The notes under the pieces: model-generated
Database searches by the model: none
What the model was told of the DNA's origin: nothing
What the model saw: only the letters and a program-made list of their open reading frames with translations
In this document: positions 17,781 through 28,517 of the stretch, in pieces
Layout of the letters: each line of letters starts with the position of its first letter
Position numbering within the stretch: the first letter of the stretch is position 1
Assembly: GCA_002428985.1 (NCBI GenBank)
Contig: DIYL01000059.1
Location: forward strand, 127,573 to 191,572
Length of the DNA: 64,000 nucleotides
Source of the DNA: Anaerolineales bacterium UBA6055
Lineage (GTDB): Bacteria; Chloroflexota; Anaerolineae; Aggregatilineales; Phototrophicaceae
Reading direction: 5' to 3'
Program-made: the position numbers and the translations under genes

Positions 17781-19970
17781 CTACTCGTCAAACGGACCAA
17801 AGTAATAATACTCCAGAATCTGGCGCGTGAGCGGGGCGGCAATCGCTGAACCATCACCAGCGTTTTCGACCATCGTCACGATTGCAATTTGCGGATCGTC
17901 AGCAGGCGCATACGCGATAAACCAACTATGTGGTTGTGCGCCTTCACCCGGGGCTTGGGCGGTTCCGGTTTTACCACACACACCTATATCGAGTAGTGGT
18001 GAATTACGGAAAATATGTGAGGCAGTCCCTGTACGTGTCGAGATGACATCGCACATACCGCCTCGAATAACATTAAGCGTATCGGCGCTAACTTCTGTAT
18101 CTTTGATCACATCGCGTTCAGCCACAATCGTTCGTTGATCGAGGATACCACGTTGACGCACCAATTGTGGCCGGAGCAAATACCCCCCATTCACAACCGC
18201 AGCATACATGCGTACCATCTGCAACGGCGATGCCTGCACCTCGCCCTGACCAATCGACAAGTTCACAGCAAAGGCATACGACCATGGCAAACCTGATGTT
18301 TGCAATACATTATCTGGTGTCGGGATATTTCCGGGAGATTCTTCAATATCGGTTAATCCCGTAAAGTCCCCGAGTCCCATCAGCAACGCATATTTCGAGA
18401 GCAAATACGGATCTTCGGCATTTAATCTAAAGCCAACTTCATAATAAAACGGGTTGCAACTATTCGTGACAGCCGATTGTACCGTCATCCGACCATGACC
18501 ACCCGCTAACCAGTCATAACGAAAATCCCCATTATGATTCCAGATCCCGTTACAAAAATACGCTGTCTCATCAATATAGACACCGCTTTCCAAGGCAGCT
18601 ACCGAACTCATGATTTTCATGACCGAGCCTGTCGGATAAACACCCTGCGTCGGGCGATTAAGCTGTGGCACACGATCATCTTCTGCCAGATCTTCCAACA
18701 CAAGGTCAGCGACTTCACGCCCGACAGCGGGGAATGGATTTTGTGCGTTGCCCTCAAATGTCGGATAGCTCGCCATCGCTAAAATTTCGCCATTATTGAC
18801 ATCCATCACAACAACCGAAGAGCCCGCCGACGTAGCCCCCCATGTGCCAGAATTTTCGATATAGGCTTCGCCAAGAACACGCAACGCATATTCCTGCAAG
18901 CCAGAGTCAATCGTCAACCAGAGGCTTTCGGGGATTTGTGAGCGCACTTCAGCAAGTGTCCGGAGGCGTTCACCTGTCGGCGAGACAATCACCAAACGCC
19001 CCCCCGGTTGACCCGCTAATGTATCATTCCAGCTTTCTTCAATGCCCGCTTTACCGATAATTGTCTCGGCATTAAAGCCAATCGCTTCCAGATCATCAAT
19101 TTCGTCTTCATCCGGATAGCCAACATGTCCGATCACATGAGGCATCAATGACCCACGCAGATAACGACGTGTCGCTTGTTGGCGGAATTCAGCACCACAT
19201 TTTTCTTCAACTTCTGCATTGCGTTGGAGGAACACAGCTGGCTCCATCACCCCTGCATCGACTTCCCAGTTCACACCAGACCGCACATCAAACAGATCAA
19301 CGATTTCTTCAAAGTCTTTATCGACCGTCTCACTCAAAACTTGGAAACATGCCGGACGGTCGGGAATATCTTCATTACTCACAAAGACACGCACAACCCG
19401 TCCATTTTGGTCGGCAAGTACTTCACCATCGCGGTCATAAATATTGGCACGACTCGGAATTTGTGGCTCGAAAACGAGTGTCGCACCATTACCCATTTCT
19501 CTAAAAATATCAGCTAATGACCATGCAACCCGCCATTCACCATTTTCAGGGTCAATCACCATCCGCAACTCGCGGTCAGTATCTGTAAATTGTCCCAGAA
19601 TCCGCGTATCGAAGGTCATATCATAATTAAACACAACAATCCGCACACCCTCACGTAACAGCGACTTAGCTGTATAGTGAATTGAACGGAACGTCATTGT
19701 TGTTTGAGCTTGGTCGTACAAACTGCGGAATGTCTCTAGAGGTGTTGATTCTTGGTTGCGGAATGTAAGCAAGCTGTGCATTGCGTCAAAATCTTGTCGT
19801 CGCCACGCATCCAAATACAACCGCGCAACCCGATCTGCCGCTTCGAGATCAGCAGGCGATGTCGGACTGGGTTGAATCGTTGGCAAGGGTTCAGCTTGGT
19901 GGGCGACCTGCGGGCGGCATCCAACCAAGACAATAAGAATAACAAAGGCGATAATTCCAAAACGACGCAC
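17781..19970 (-). CDS. Penicillin-binding protein 2-type transpeptidase with N-terminal extension
   Basis: 729-aa ORF. Lipoprotein-like signal LIVLVGCRPQ; SVMK (SxxK), SCN (SxN) and KTGTA motifs in the correct order. Confidence 0.85.
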   Translation of the reverse strand: MRRFGIIAFVILIVLVGCRPQVAHQAEPLPTIQPSPTSPADLEAADRVARLYLDAWRRQDFDAMHSLLTFRNQESTPLETFRSLYDQAQTTMTFRSIHYTAKSLLREGVRIVVFNYDMTFDTRILGQFTDTDRELRMVIDPENGEWRVAWSLADIFREMGNGATLVFEPQIPSRANIYDRDGEVLADQNGRVVRVFVSNEDIPDRPACFQVLSETVDKDFEEIVDLFDVRSGVNWEVDAGVMEPAVFLQRNAEVEEKCGAEFRQQATRRYLRGSLMPHVIGHVGYPDEDEIDDLEAIGFNAETIIGKAGIEESWNDTLAGQPGGRLVIVSPTGERLRTLAEVRSQIPESLWLTIDSGLQEYALRVLGEAYIENSGTWGATSAGSSVVVMDVNNGEILAMASYPTFEGNAQNPFPAVGREVADLVLEDLAEDDRVPQLNRPTQGVYPTGSVMKIMSSVAALESGVYIDETAYFCNGIWNHNGDFRYDWLAGGHGRMTVQSAVTNSCNPFYYEVGFRLNAEDPYLLSKYALLMGLGDFTGLTDIEESPGNIPTPDNVLQTSGLPWSYAFAVNLSIGQGEVQASPLQMVRMYAAVVNGGYLLRPQLVRQRGILDQRTIVAERDVIKDTEVSADTLNVIRGGMCDVISTRTGTASHIFRNSPLLDIGVCGKTGTAQAPGEGAQPHSWFIAYAPADDPQIAIVTMVENAGDGSAIAAPLTRQILEYYYFGPFDE

Positions 19971-20163
19971 ACTAACCTGCTTTTTTCATGATGAATCTAC
20001 ATACGGTCTATTATACCCGAAACCCGTTTTGAAGCGACTCACACCTGCTTAACGTTTGTCACGCACATACTCAGCAGCAAGCAAACCCGCCTTGACATGA
20101 TAAGCAATCAAGTCGCGTATCGGTACAATGCGATAATTCAGCTTATTTTCGATACTTTCCCAA

Positions 20164-21060
20164 TTACGACGAGTAATTATCCCCAAACACACTCACGAGT
20201 AATTCTGCCAATTTTTCACGATCCGGTACCCGTACCGACCCCGTTGTTGACCCATAGAAAAAACTATATTGCTCATTGAGCGAGCCAAACTGTAAATTTT
20301 CCTCACTGATATTCATCAAAGACAAACCAACATAAACAGCATCTTGTGGTTTGAGGTTACTGACAACGTTATTCGAAAATTGCGCCCAGATATTAGGGGC
20401 TTCGCTAATGACAAACTGCAAGACAGATGGATCAGCCAAGCGATCACGAATCGCACGAATCACCTGTAGTTGACGCTCAACCCGCAAATAATCATTATCG
20501 GCATGACGGGTACGTGCAAACCGTAGCGCATCATAGCCATCAAGGAGATGTGTACCAATCGGCAAATAAAATGGATCATAGCCAAAGTTCATATCTGGAT
20601 AAGTCGTATCATTGATTGGATAAGTCGTTGTAATTTCAACCCCACCTATCGAATCAACCAGCCCGATAAATCCGTTAAAATCAACAAGCACATACGCATC
20701 AATATACATACCGAGATTATGCTGGATGACCTGCCGTGTGAGTTCGGGTCCAAACCCTTCTTGACGTAATTCGCCTCGCACCAATAAGGTATGTACCGAA
20801 ACCAGTTCACCATTTTCTGGCAATGCTAGATGAATCGTACGCGGTATACTCAAAACACCAGCACGATTCGAAAGCGGATCAATACTTGCTATCATGATCG
20901 TATCGGAGCGGAATGTTAGTGAGCCACCCTCAGATGGACGACGATCAATTCCCATGATCAGAACCGTATAGCGGTCGATTCCATTCCAATTAAATTCGTC
21001 TTGTGCATGTACAACGGGCAAAGAAAACAAAATGCAGAGGATGATGACTAGTCGTTTCAT
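20164..21060 (-). CDS. LytR-CpsA-Psr (LCP) family cell-wall glycopolymer ligase
   Basis: 298-aa ORF with a signal/anchor. Has IMGIDRR, SDTIMIASID, VDFNGFIGLVDSIGGVEI and RTRHADNDYLRVERQ. Confidence 0.85.
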   Translation of the reverse strand: MKRLVIILCILFSLPVVHAQDEFNWNGIDRYTVLIMGIDRRPSEGGSLTFRSDTIMIASIDPLSNRAGVLSIPRTIHLALPENGELVSVHTLLVRGELRQEGFGPELTRQVIQHNLGMYIDAYVLVDFNGFIGLVDSIGGVEITTTYPINDTTYPDMNFGYDPFYLPIGTHLLDGYDALRFARTRHADNDYLRVERQLQVIRAIRDRLADPSVLQFVISEAPNIWAQFSNNVVSNLKPQDAVYVGLSLMNISEENLQFGSLNEQYSFFYGSTTGSVRVPDREKLAELLVSVFGDNYSS

Positions 21061-21143
21061 AAGATACTCGCAGATGATTACAGGCTGGATATGGTTTCAG
21101 CATATCACAAAACCTGCAATCATAACCTGACGCAATCTATACG

Positions 21144-22385
21144 TTACGCACTCATCCCATTGAGCAGATTTAACAAAGTGTGCAACATCACATTTGCCCC
21201 GTTAATGCAATCCGCATCGTTGGTATATTCAGCCGGATTATGACTAATGCCATCAACCGACGGCACAAAGAACATCGCAGATGGTGCGATCGTTGCCATT
21301 GTCTGTGTATCGTGTCCAGCAAAACTAAGCAGACGACCGTGCGTTAAATTGAGCGCATCCGATGCGGATTCTATCGCAGTCATGACAGTCTCACTCATCA
21401 ATGCAGGGTGAACATGAGGGGTCGCTTCGTAGCTCACATCAAGGTCAAATTCTTTCGCGCATTCGTCAAGCAAATTGAGTAAATCTGTCTGCATCCGCTC
21501 AAGCTCTGCTGTAGACCCATGACGAAATTCTAACGCACAATACACCTCAGCGGGGACGATATTAAACGCTCCGGGTTTTGCTGAAATTTTGCCAACGTTA
21601 CACACCCCCGGGGTATAATTGTCCATAATGTATTGCTTCGCCTTGAGCACAAATTGTGCCGCACCCCACAGTGCATCTTTACGCATGGTCATCGGCTTTG
21701 TACCCGCATGCGCAGCTTCACCTTTGAATGTCACATGAAATGCCCGCATCCCGACAATCGCATTCACCACACCAATGTTCATACCAGCGTCCTCTAAACG
21801 CGATCCCTGTTCAATATGAAGTTCCACCCAAGCCATCACATCATCACGTTTAGCCGACAACATCGATTCGCGGGTCAGCTCAGCATTTTTAAGGCGTTGC
21901 TCCAAGTCATCGACACCGATCTTTGTATGAGAGAAATCACTTTCACTTAATTGCCCAACCACAGCCCGACTCCCCAACAACCCCATGATTGCACCTTCTT
22001 CGTCGGTGAAGTTGATCGTTTCTAAGGTGATTGCAGGCGTGATGCCATTGTCTTTCATTGTGCGGAGCGCTTCAAATACAACCAGCACACCCAATGGGCC
22101 ATCATATCGCCCACCATTGGGCACACTATCCAGATGTGAGCCAGCTAAAATGCGCTTTTCAGTTTTTGGATTGCTATACAGAATCGCTGACTGATTCCCC
22201 GCACCATCAATCGCATAATCTAGTCCTGCTTCTGCAACTTTATTTTTGAACCACTCGCGCCCTTCAATATCTGCAAGCGTTAATGCTGACCGAGAGACAC
22301 CGCCATCTGCTGTCGCACCAATTTTTGCAAGTTCATTCAAGTCACTCATGAGACGTTCTTCGTTAATCTTGAGCATAAGATTCAC
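21144..22385 (-). CDS. M20-family amidohydrolase (allantoate amidohydrolase / N-carbamoyl-L-amino-acid hydrolase type)
   Basis: 413-aa ORF. Has GGVSRSALTLAD, GSHLDSVPNGGRYDGPLGV, INFTDEEG and GHDT motifs. Confidence 0.8.
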   Translation of the reverse strand: MNLMLKINEERLMSDLNELAKIGATADGGVSRSALTLADIEGREWFKNKVAEAGLDYAIDGAGNQSAILYSNPKTEKRILAGSHLDSVPNGGRYDGPLGVLVVFEALRTMKDNGITPAITLETINFTDEEGAIMGLLGSRAVVGQLSESDFSHTKIGVDDLEQRLKNAELTRESMLSAKRDDVMAWVELHIEQGSRLEDAGMNIGVVNAIVGMRAFHVTFKGEAAHAGTKPMTMRKDALWGAAQFVLKAKQYIMDNYTPGVCNVGKISAKPGAFNIVPAEVYCALEFRHGSTAELERMQTDLLNLLDECAKEFDLDVSYEATPHVHPALMSETVMTAIESASDALNLTHGRLLSFAGHDTQTMATIAPSAMFFVPSVDGISHNPAEYTNDADCINGANVMLHTLLNLLNGMSA

Positions 22386-22527
22386 TTTCTATGTGATAGT
22401 CATTATGCGTCAAAGGGTAACCCATTCTAGTACCTCGAGCAAGAATCGCTATCTCAAATTCACGATAACGATGGGTTCCTCCATCTTATCTTTGTGTCCT
22501 CTGTGCCTCTGTGGTTATTATATGCTT

Positions 22528-23892
22528 TTAATTTTCAACAGGCGCTACACCCTTCAAAATGTAGAATCCAGCCACCCCTGCGATGAACGATGCCAGCAAA
22601 ATCCCGACCTTAGCAATATCTGCCGTATGATGATCTGTCACATAAGCAAGCTCCGTCACAAACAGCGACACCGTAAAACCAATCCCTGCAAGTAAGCTTG
22701 CCCCATGAATATGTCGCCATGTCAGCCCCTTTGGCAACTCACACAACTTAAATCTCACCATTAGATAGGCAAATAGCGTGATCCCAACTTGCTTACCAAC
22801 CAACAACCCGAAGATAATCCCCAAGCTGACAGGATGTGTAATCGTCTCAATGATATTGCCAGATAATGTCACCCCTGCATTTGATAGTGCAAACACAGGC
22901 ATAACCACAAAGGTGACCCATGGTTGTAAGTTATGCTCTAACTGCACTAGTGGTGGCTCAACATCATGAATCGCTTCTTCAATCTCAATCACTGCTTTGG
23001 CTTTATCATGCTCACTGAGCAATTCACGTCCATGATGATCGCCTGCTTCCAAACGCGGCAGTTTATCGTAAAGCAAATCGAGAAAACGGTCAGGATCGAT
23101 CAAAGAATGCGCAGGGATAACCAATGCCACCAGCACCCCACCAATCGTCGCATGGATACCCGATGCCGCAAAGCCGAACCAAACACCAATGGATAACACA
23201 AAATAGATAAACGGTGTATAGATACCAAGTCGGCTCATCACCAACATCACAAACCAGAATACAAACGCGATCACCAATCCGAGCACAACAATCTGTTCCG
23301 TGTAAAAGACCGCAATCACAAAGATCGCACCAAGGTCATCCGCAATTGCTAATGCCGCCAGAAAGACTTTGAGACTTAATGGAATACGCTTACCCAGCAA
23401 CGCAAGAATTCCCAACGCAAACGCAATATCCGTAGACATCGGGATACCCCATCCGGCAATGCCATCAGTGCCAAAGTTAAATGCCGCAAATATCGCTGCT
23501 GGAACAATCATGCCACCCAGTGCGGCTGATACCGGCAGTAATGCTTGTCGAGGTGTAGATAATTCACCGACGAGCACTTGCTGTTTAATCTCTAATCCCA
23601 CCAATAAGAAGAAGGACATCATCAACCCTTCATTCACCCACTGGTGTAAGGTTAATGCCAGTGTCTCTTCACCAATCGTAATGCTAAGTACTGTACCCCA
23701 GAGATCATGGTAAACATGTGCGAACGGAGAATTAGCCCAAATAAGTGCGATGATCGCACATACTAACAACAATACACTCCCAACAACTTGTGAGCGTATA
23801 AACATGTGAAAACTATGTAACGCTTGTTCAATGGGCTCAGGACGAGCTCTGCCTGCGATGAGATGACGAATAATCGTAGGAGTCTGTGCCAT
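22528..23892 (-). CDS. nhaA: Na+/H+ antiporter NhaA
   Basis: GLEIK, GWGIPMSTDIAFALG and ALAIADDLGAI motifs, about 11-12 TM helices. Start set at the ATG at 23892; the track starts at a TTG at 23925. Confidence 0.9.
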   Translation of the reverse strand: MAQTPTIIRHLIAGRARPEPIEQALHSFHMFIRSQVVGSVLLLVCAIIALIWANSPFAHVYHDLWGTVLSITIGEETLALTLHQWVNEGLMMSFFLLVGLEIKQQVLVGELSTPRQALLPVSAALGGMIVPAAIFAAFNFGTDGIAGWGIPMSTDIAFALGILALLGKRIPLSLKVFLAALAIADDLGAIFVIAVFYTEQIVVLGLVIAFVFWFVMLVMSRLGIYTPFIYFVLSIGVWFGFAASGIHATIGGVLVALVIPAHSLIDPDRFLDLLYDKLPRLEAGDHHGRELLSEHDKAKAVIEIEEAIHDVEPPLVQLEHNLQPWVTFVVMPVFALSNAGVTLSGNIIETITHPVSLGIIFGLLVGKQVGITLFAYLMVRFKLCELPKGLTWRHIHGASLLAGIGFTVSLFVTELAYVTDHHTADIAKVGILLASFIAGVAGFYILKGVAPVEN

Positions 23893-24115
23893 ATCACACC
23901 ACCAATCTGAGTAAAGATGAATCAATTTCAGTGTAACCGAGTTTAATATTATGCATAGATAACAAATGTCATCGTTTGAAACTGCGAACGCAATTTTTCA
24001 GTGTATGCTCAGATTCTTTGATTTCGGCAAAAACTTATACCCTTAGTTTGTTAGCAAATAATTTGTTTGATAAAATCATTTACATTTACTCATGCAATTA
24101 ACGAAAGGCCTAATA

Positions 24116-26239
24116 ATGTCAGGGAATTGGTATAGTGGACTTTATCAGCGCATAACTGATGATACACAGCGTTATATCCTAGAAGGAAAAGACCTTGCGT
24201 TACATTATGCAGATTTATTGCGTAATTATGACAATATTGAAATTATAAGTGATAAAAATGTACCAGATGAACGTAAATTTAATTACGCCAAAATTGACGA
24301 ATTATATAATCGTGTTCGCTCTGATATGATTAAAATAGCAGTATGTGGTGCATTTTCATCTGGCAAGAGTTTCTTAATTAGTGGTCTGCTAAACCATTTA
24401 CAATATGCACCCAAACCGAGCGAATTGAACCCTGCTGAAATTGATGATGATTGGGTTGTTCTCTTACCCGTCGCAGCAGAACATACCACGAATTGTACTG
24501 TGAAGATTTTCGCATTACCTGAAGGAAATGAAACACCATACCTTAAATTACGGTTTAAAGAATCCGATAAATGGCATCGTGTGACGGATGAGAATGCAAC
24601 TATAGAAGATGTTCGTATTGAATTGCTCAAGTATGTAACAACTATTAAAGAGCATCGCGAACTACGAGACCTAATGTTTCGTAATTATAGCACTGTCGAA
24701 GCACATGTGTATCTAAATAATATGGAATTCCCAGCAATTATATATGATTTGCCTGGTTTAGGCGGCATTAACACTGACGGGCGACAAGAAGAATATGACA
24801 AAATCTTTAAGAAACGTGTTAACGAAGCAGATTGTATCATTTATGTAACTAGTGCAATACGTGAATTAACAAATCGCGAATTAGATTTATTGCGTGAACT
24901 TGAAAACAGTATTCACCGTAATCCATTACAACACACATTTTTTATTGTGTCTCAAATTGATCGAGCTCCACGTGATTATCAACGGATTGTTGATATTAAC
25001 AAAAACTATCTGATGAAAAATTTTGAGACAGATGGAGTGCCGAATGAACGATTTATTGGAGATAACTTTATTCCTGTCTCACCTGCACAGGAATCAAAGA
25101 CCCACTATAGACTTGAACATGACGAAATAAAACAAGAGCATGCTGATATTGCAATAAACAAGAGTGGTATGCCAGATTTGAGAGACCGCTTAAGAAATTA
25201 CCTATGGAGAATTTCCGGGCCTAAACACCAAAAAGAAATACTTGAAGAATACATTGAATTTTTATCAGCATTATATGAAGATGCAAATGCGCCTATTACG
25301 GCTTACTCAGAACCCATTGAGGATGGTGAAAAGAAATTGGCAGAAATTCAACAAGAACGCGAATTTCTCAAACAGCAACGTCAAGATATGGAAACCATAT
25401 TAGACTCGACTTATGCGCCACATATTGCAGAAGTCTTTGGAGAAGATTTTTCCAGTCAACTTGCAGACTATCTTGAACATAAGCTTGAGGCTGTTCTCAC
25501 CAAAAAAGATGTTACTAAGCCAGAAGTTCGCAATGAGCTTTTACGATCTCAACGCCGATATGCGGAAGACTGGTTTATGGTAGAAAACGGTTTGCATGAC
25601 AAAATGCAACGTGCCATTGAAGAATATGATGCAGATATGAGTTACCAGTTTGATAAGATGGTCAAAAAACATGAAGAGAAATACAACGTACAATTTTGGA
25701 AGGTGATTAGTAACTTTCAATCAGCAAATTCGATTGTTACTGGATCCGATTCTAAAGCAATCGCTGATCATGCTGTAAATGTTGCAGCTTTATTGTTTGG
25801 TGGGGGCGGTGGTTTGACAGGTCTCAGCGCATGGGGTTTACTAGGTACGACCGCCTTACCCATTGCGATTAGTCTTGCTGTCGTACTGACAGGTGTGAGT
25901 ATTTTTCAGCGAGGTCGCCGCCTCGAGCAAATTGAACTTGCTCGTGAAGAATTTCGCCAAGAAATACGAAAATATGCTACAGAATTTATCAATGCATCAC
26001 GTAAACAGCTCGAAAATACACTCGCGAAAGAGTATAAAGGTATCTGGATGAAAACACTTAACAATTATATTACAAACAATCGTAATGAGGCACAAACACT
26101 CAAAAATCGCATGAAATCAGGTGATTTGAGCATTAATAAAGAGCGCGTTGAAGCATTCGAGCACACACAAGCAAAACTACAACGCCAAATTGAGAATATT
26201 ATGCGTCAGATTGCTTTGATTGATGAGGTTCTACCATAA
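24116..26239 (+). CDS. Bacterial dynamin-like large GTPase with predicted membrane hairpin
   Basis: G1 is GAFSSGKS, G3 is DLPGLGG and the G4-like motif is SQID. Long helical stalk. Gly-rich hydrophobic hairpin LLFGGGGGLTGLSAWGLLGTTALPIAISLAVVLTGVSIF. AAAGG lies 7 nt upstream of the ATG at 24116; the ORF is open from 24092. Confidence 0.7.
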   Translation: MSGNWYSGLYQRITDDTQRYILEGKDLALHYADLLRNYDNIEIISDKNVPDERKFNYAKIDELYNRVRSDMIKIAVCGAFSSGKSFLISGLLNHLQYAPKPSELNPAEIDDDWVVLLPVAAEHTTNCTVKIFALPEGNETPYLKLRFKESDKWHRVTDENATIEDVRIELLKYVTTIKEHRELRDLMFRNYSTVEAHVYLNNMEFPAIIYDLPGLGGINTDGRQEEYDKIFKKRVNEADCIIYVTSAIRELTNRELDLLRELENSIHRNPLQHTFFIVSQIDRAPRDYQRIVDINKNYLMKNFETDGVPNERFIGDNFIPVSPAQESKTHYRLEHDEIKQEHADIAINKSGMPDLRDRLRNYLWRISGPKHQKEILEEYIEFLSALYEDANAPITAYSEPIEDGEKKLAEIQQEREFLKQQRQDMETILDSTYAPHIAEVFGEDFSSQLADYLEHKLEAVLTKKDVTKPEVRNELLRSQRRYAEDWFMVENGLHDKMQRAIEEYDADMSYQFDKMVKKHEEKYNVQFWKVISNFQSANSIVTGSDSKAIADHAVNVAALLFGGGGGLTGLSAWGLLGTTALPIAISLAVVLTGVSIFQRGRRLEQIELAREEFRQEIRKYATEFINASRKQLENTLAKEYKGIWMKTLNNYITNNRNEAQTLKNRMKSGDLSINKERVEAFEHTQAKLQRQIENIMRQIALIDEVLP

Positions 26240-26270
26240 TGATAAGATAGATTTAGTGGAGAATATAAAA

Positions 26271-27038
26271 ATGAAATTCTATTCATGGAATGTGAATGGC
26301 ATCCGTGCCGCCCAGAAAAAAGGCTTTTTGGATTGGCTACATAGCGAAAAACCGGATGTTCTCAGTGTACAAGAAACCAAAGCTCACCCTGACCAACTTG
26401 GCGAAGAGCTAAAAAATCCAGACGGCTATCATACCTATTTCGTCAGTGCCGAGAAAAAAGGATACAGCGGGGTTGCACTCTATAGCAGAGTCGAACCAGA
26501 TGATATTCAATTAGGTCTTGGGATAGAGAAATTTGATAGCGAAGGACGCACCATCATCGCCCACTATGGCGACCTTGTGTTCATGTCCGCATATTTCCCG
26601 AACGGTAGCCGCGATCATAGCCGTGTGCCGTATAAGATGGAATACAAAGACGAATTCTTGAAGTATGCCAACAACCTCCGCGCAGATGGTAAACAAGTTG
26701 TTTTCGCTGGTGACATCAACACCGCCCACAACGAAATTGATCTCGCACGTCCAAAGCAAAATCAAAAAACCACCGGCTTCTTGCGCGAAGAACGGGATTG
26801 GATTGATAAAGTCGTTGAAGAAGGCTACATCGACATCTACCGCGACCTAAACCCTGATCAAGAGGGCGCGTATTCTTGGTGGTCATATCGTGGTGGTGCA
26901 CGCGCAAAAAATGTCGGCTGGAGGATTGATATGTTTTTCATCTCACCAGACGTGCGCGATCAAGTCGAAACTGCCGAGATTCACGCCGATGTTATGGGCA
27001 GTGACCATTGCCCAATTAGTTTGTCGCTCAAAGATTAA
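26271..27038 (+). CDS. xth: Exodeoxyribonuclease III
   Basis: MKFYSWNVNGIRA, LSVQETK, GDINTAHNEIDL and SDHCPISL motifs. GTGGAG RBS upstream of the ATG at 26271. Confidence 0.9.
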   Translation: MKFYSWNVNGIRAAQKKGFLDWLHSEKPDVLSVQETKAHPDQLGEELKNPDGYHTYFVSAEKKGYSGVALYSRVEPDDIQLGLGIEKFDSEGRTIIAHYGDLVFMSAYFPNGSRDHSRVPYKMEYKDEFLKYANNLRADGKQVVFAGDINTAHNEIDLARPKQNQKTTGFLREERDWIDKVVEEGYIDIYRDLNPDQEGAYSWWSYRGGARAKNVGWRIDMFFISPDVRDQVETAEIHADVMGSDHCPISLSLKD

Positions 27039-27156
27039 AGCACTATATTTGAGACTTGTTGAAAATAGCTGGTATACACAAATCCCTATTGTGTCCTCAC
27101 CTCCCAAGCCGTTCTCGTACAATCAGGAGTGTATAAGGTTATTCGGGGTTTTAAAG

Positions 27157-27188
27157 TCCCTCTCCCGCGCATCAAATTGGGAGAGGGA
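27157..27188 (+). terminator. Perfect 10-bp GC-rich hairpin, candidate xth terminator or structured element
   Basis: TCCCTCTCCC (27157-27166) pairs with GGGAGAGGGA (27179-27188) and is followed by TTT. It lies about 120 nt after the xth stop. Confidence 0.35.
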
Positions 27189-27310
27189 TTTAGGGGCGAC
27201 ATGATGCTGATTATCTAAAATCACATTATTTTTCAACAACATCTATCTGTGCCATGCGTACAGATGACATTTATCACACCTATCGGCAACCGAGTAAAGC
27301 ATAACCTTAA

Positions 27311-28474
27311 ATGCACATCCTTCATGTAACCTCATATTATCGTCCAGCCTATGCCTTTGGTGGTGTTGTCCGCGCAGTCGAAGGTATGGCAACATCATTA
27401 GTAGCACGTGGACACCAAGTCACCGTGTTAACAACCGATGCCCTCGACCAACAATCACGTATCATAGACCCTGCTGAGGAAATCATAGACGGTGTACGTA
27501 TAATTCGCTGTCCCAATGTATCGCCCTCACTACGTGGAAAACTCAACCTCTCGACCCCACGTAGGATGCGTAAAATCGCCGAATCAATTATGCCCGATAT
27601 AGATATAGTCCATATCCATGAATTTCGCACAGTTGAAAATTTACTGGTCACACCTGTCGCATTCGACCACAATAAACCAATTGTGCTATCCCCGCATGGA
27701 ACAATCAATCTCACGACAGGTCGCAGTCAATTAAAAGCATGGTGGGACAAATTATTGAGTGCAAGTGTTGCCTTACGCATCGACCATATACTCGCCCTTG
27801 TTCAACCCGAATTAGACGATTGCCAAGCCCTCTGGGAGACATTCGGTCGCCGACAAATCCCGACCGAATTCAACATTATCCCCAATGGCATCAACCTCAA
27901 CGACTTGCACCCATTACCCGACGCCCGCGATTTTCGCGCAAAATATAATCTGGGAGATGCGCCAACTGTTCTGTTTATGGGGCGATTGCAAGCGCGAAAG
28001 GGCGTGGATATTCTGGTCAACGCCTTCAAACAAGCAGATATAGAAAATTCGCGTCTCTTAATTGTCGGGCCAGATGAAGGCATGATGGACACTGTGCGTG
28101 AACTTGCAGGGGATAATAAGCGTATTGTCATCACAGGCTATTTAGATGGGGAGGAACGCCTCCAAGCACTATCAGCTAGCGACATCTTTGCACTACCCGC
28201 AGTCGGAGAAGGATTATCAATGGCAATGCTTGAAGCAATGGGCGCAGGTTTACCTGTCATCTTGTCACTAGGATGCAACCTCGACCCACACGATGCCGGA
28301 TTTGTGGTGGATGTTGATCCAACCGCAATTGCAGACAAATTACGTTTGTTGCTGACCAATGGTGACTTACGCAACAATATGAGCCAATCAGCGCACGACC
28401 TTATCACGAACCACTATACATGGGGCAAAATCGCCGCGCAGTTGGAAGCCGTATATAGCTCATACATACAATAA
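27311..28474 (+). CDS. GT4-family (GT-B fold) glycosyltransferase
   Basis: 387-aa ORF. Has the YRPAYAFGGV N-terminus and the E-x7-E region EGLSMAMLEAMGAGLPVI. Confidence 0.85.
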   Translation: MHILHVTSYYRPAYAFGGVVRAVEGMATSLVARGHQVTVLTTDALDQQSRIIDPAEEIIDGVRIIRCPNVSPSLRGKLNLSTPRRMRKIAESIMPDIDIVHIHEFRTVENLLVTPVAFDHNKPIVLSPHGTINLTTGRSQLKAWWDKLLSASVALRIDHILALVQPELDDCQALWETFGRRQIPTEFNIIPNGINLNDLHPLPDARDFRAKYNLGDAPTVLFMGRLQARKGVDILVNAFKQADIENSRLLIVGPDEGMMDTVRELAGDNKRIVITGYLDGEERLQALSASDIFALPAVGEGLSMAMLEAMGAGLPVILSLGCNLDPHDAGFVVDVDPTAIADKLRLLLTNGDLRNNMSQSAHDLITNHYTWGKIAAQLEAVYSSYIQ

Positions 28475-28517
28475 CCTCTGCTATAATAGGCGTAAGAGAC
28501 GATGAGGAACACACACT

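Noticed and set aside
20048-20163. Protein-like minus-strand frame (…ENKLNYRIVPIRDLIAYHVKAGLLAAEYVRDKR*) downstream of the LCP gene
   Set aside because: It has no usable start codon, is shorter than 40 codons and is in a different frame from the LCP gene. At best it is a relic.
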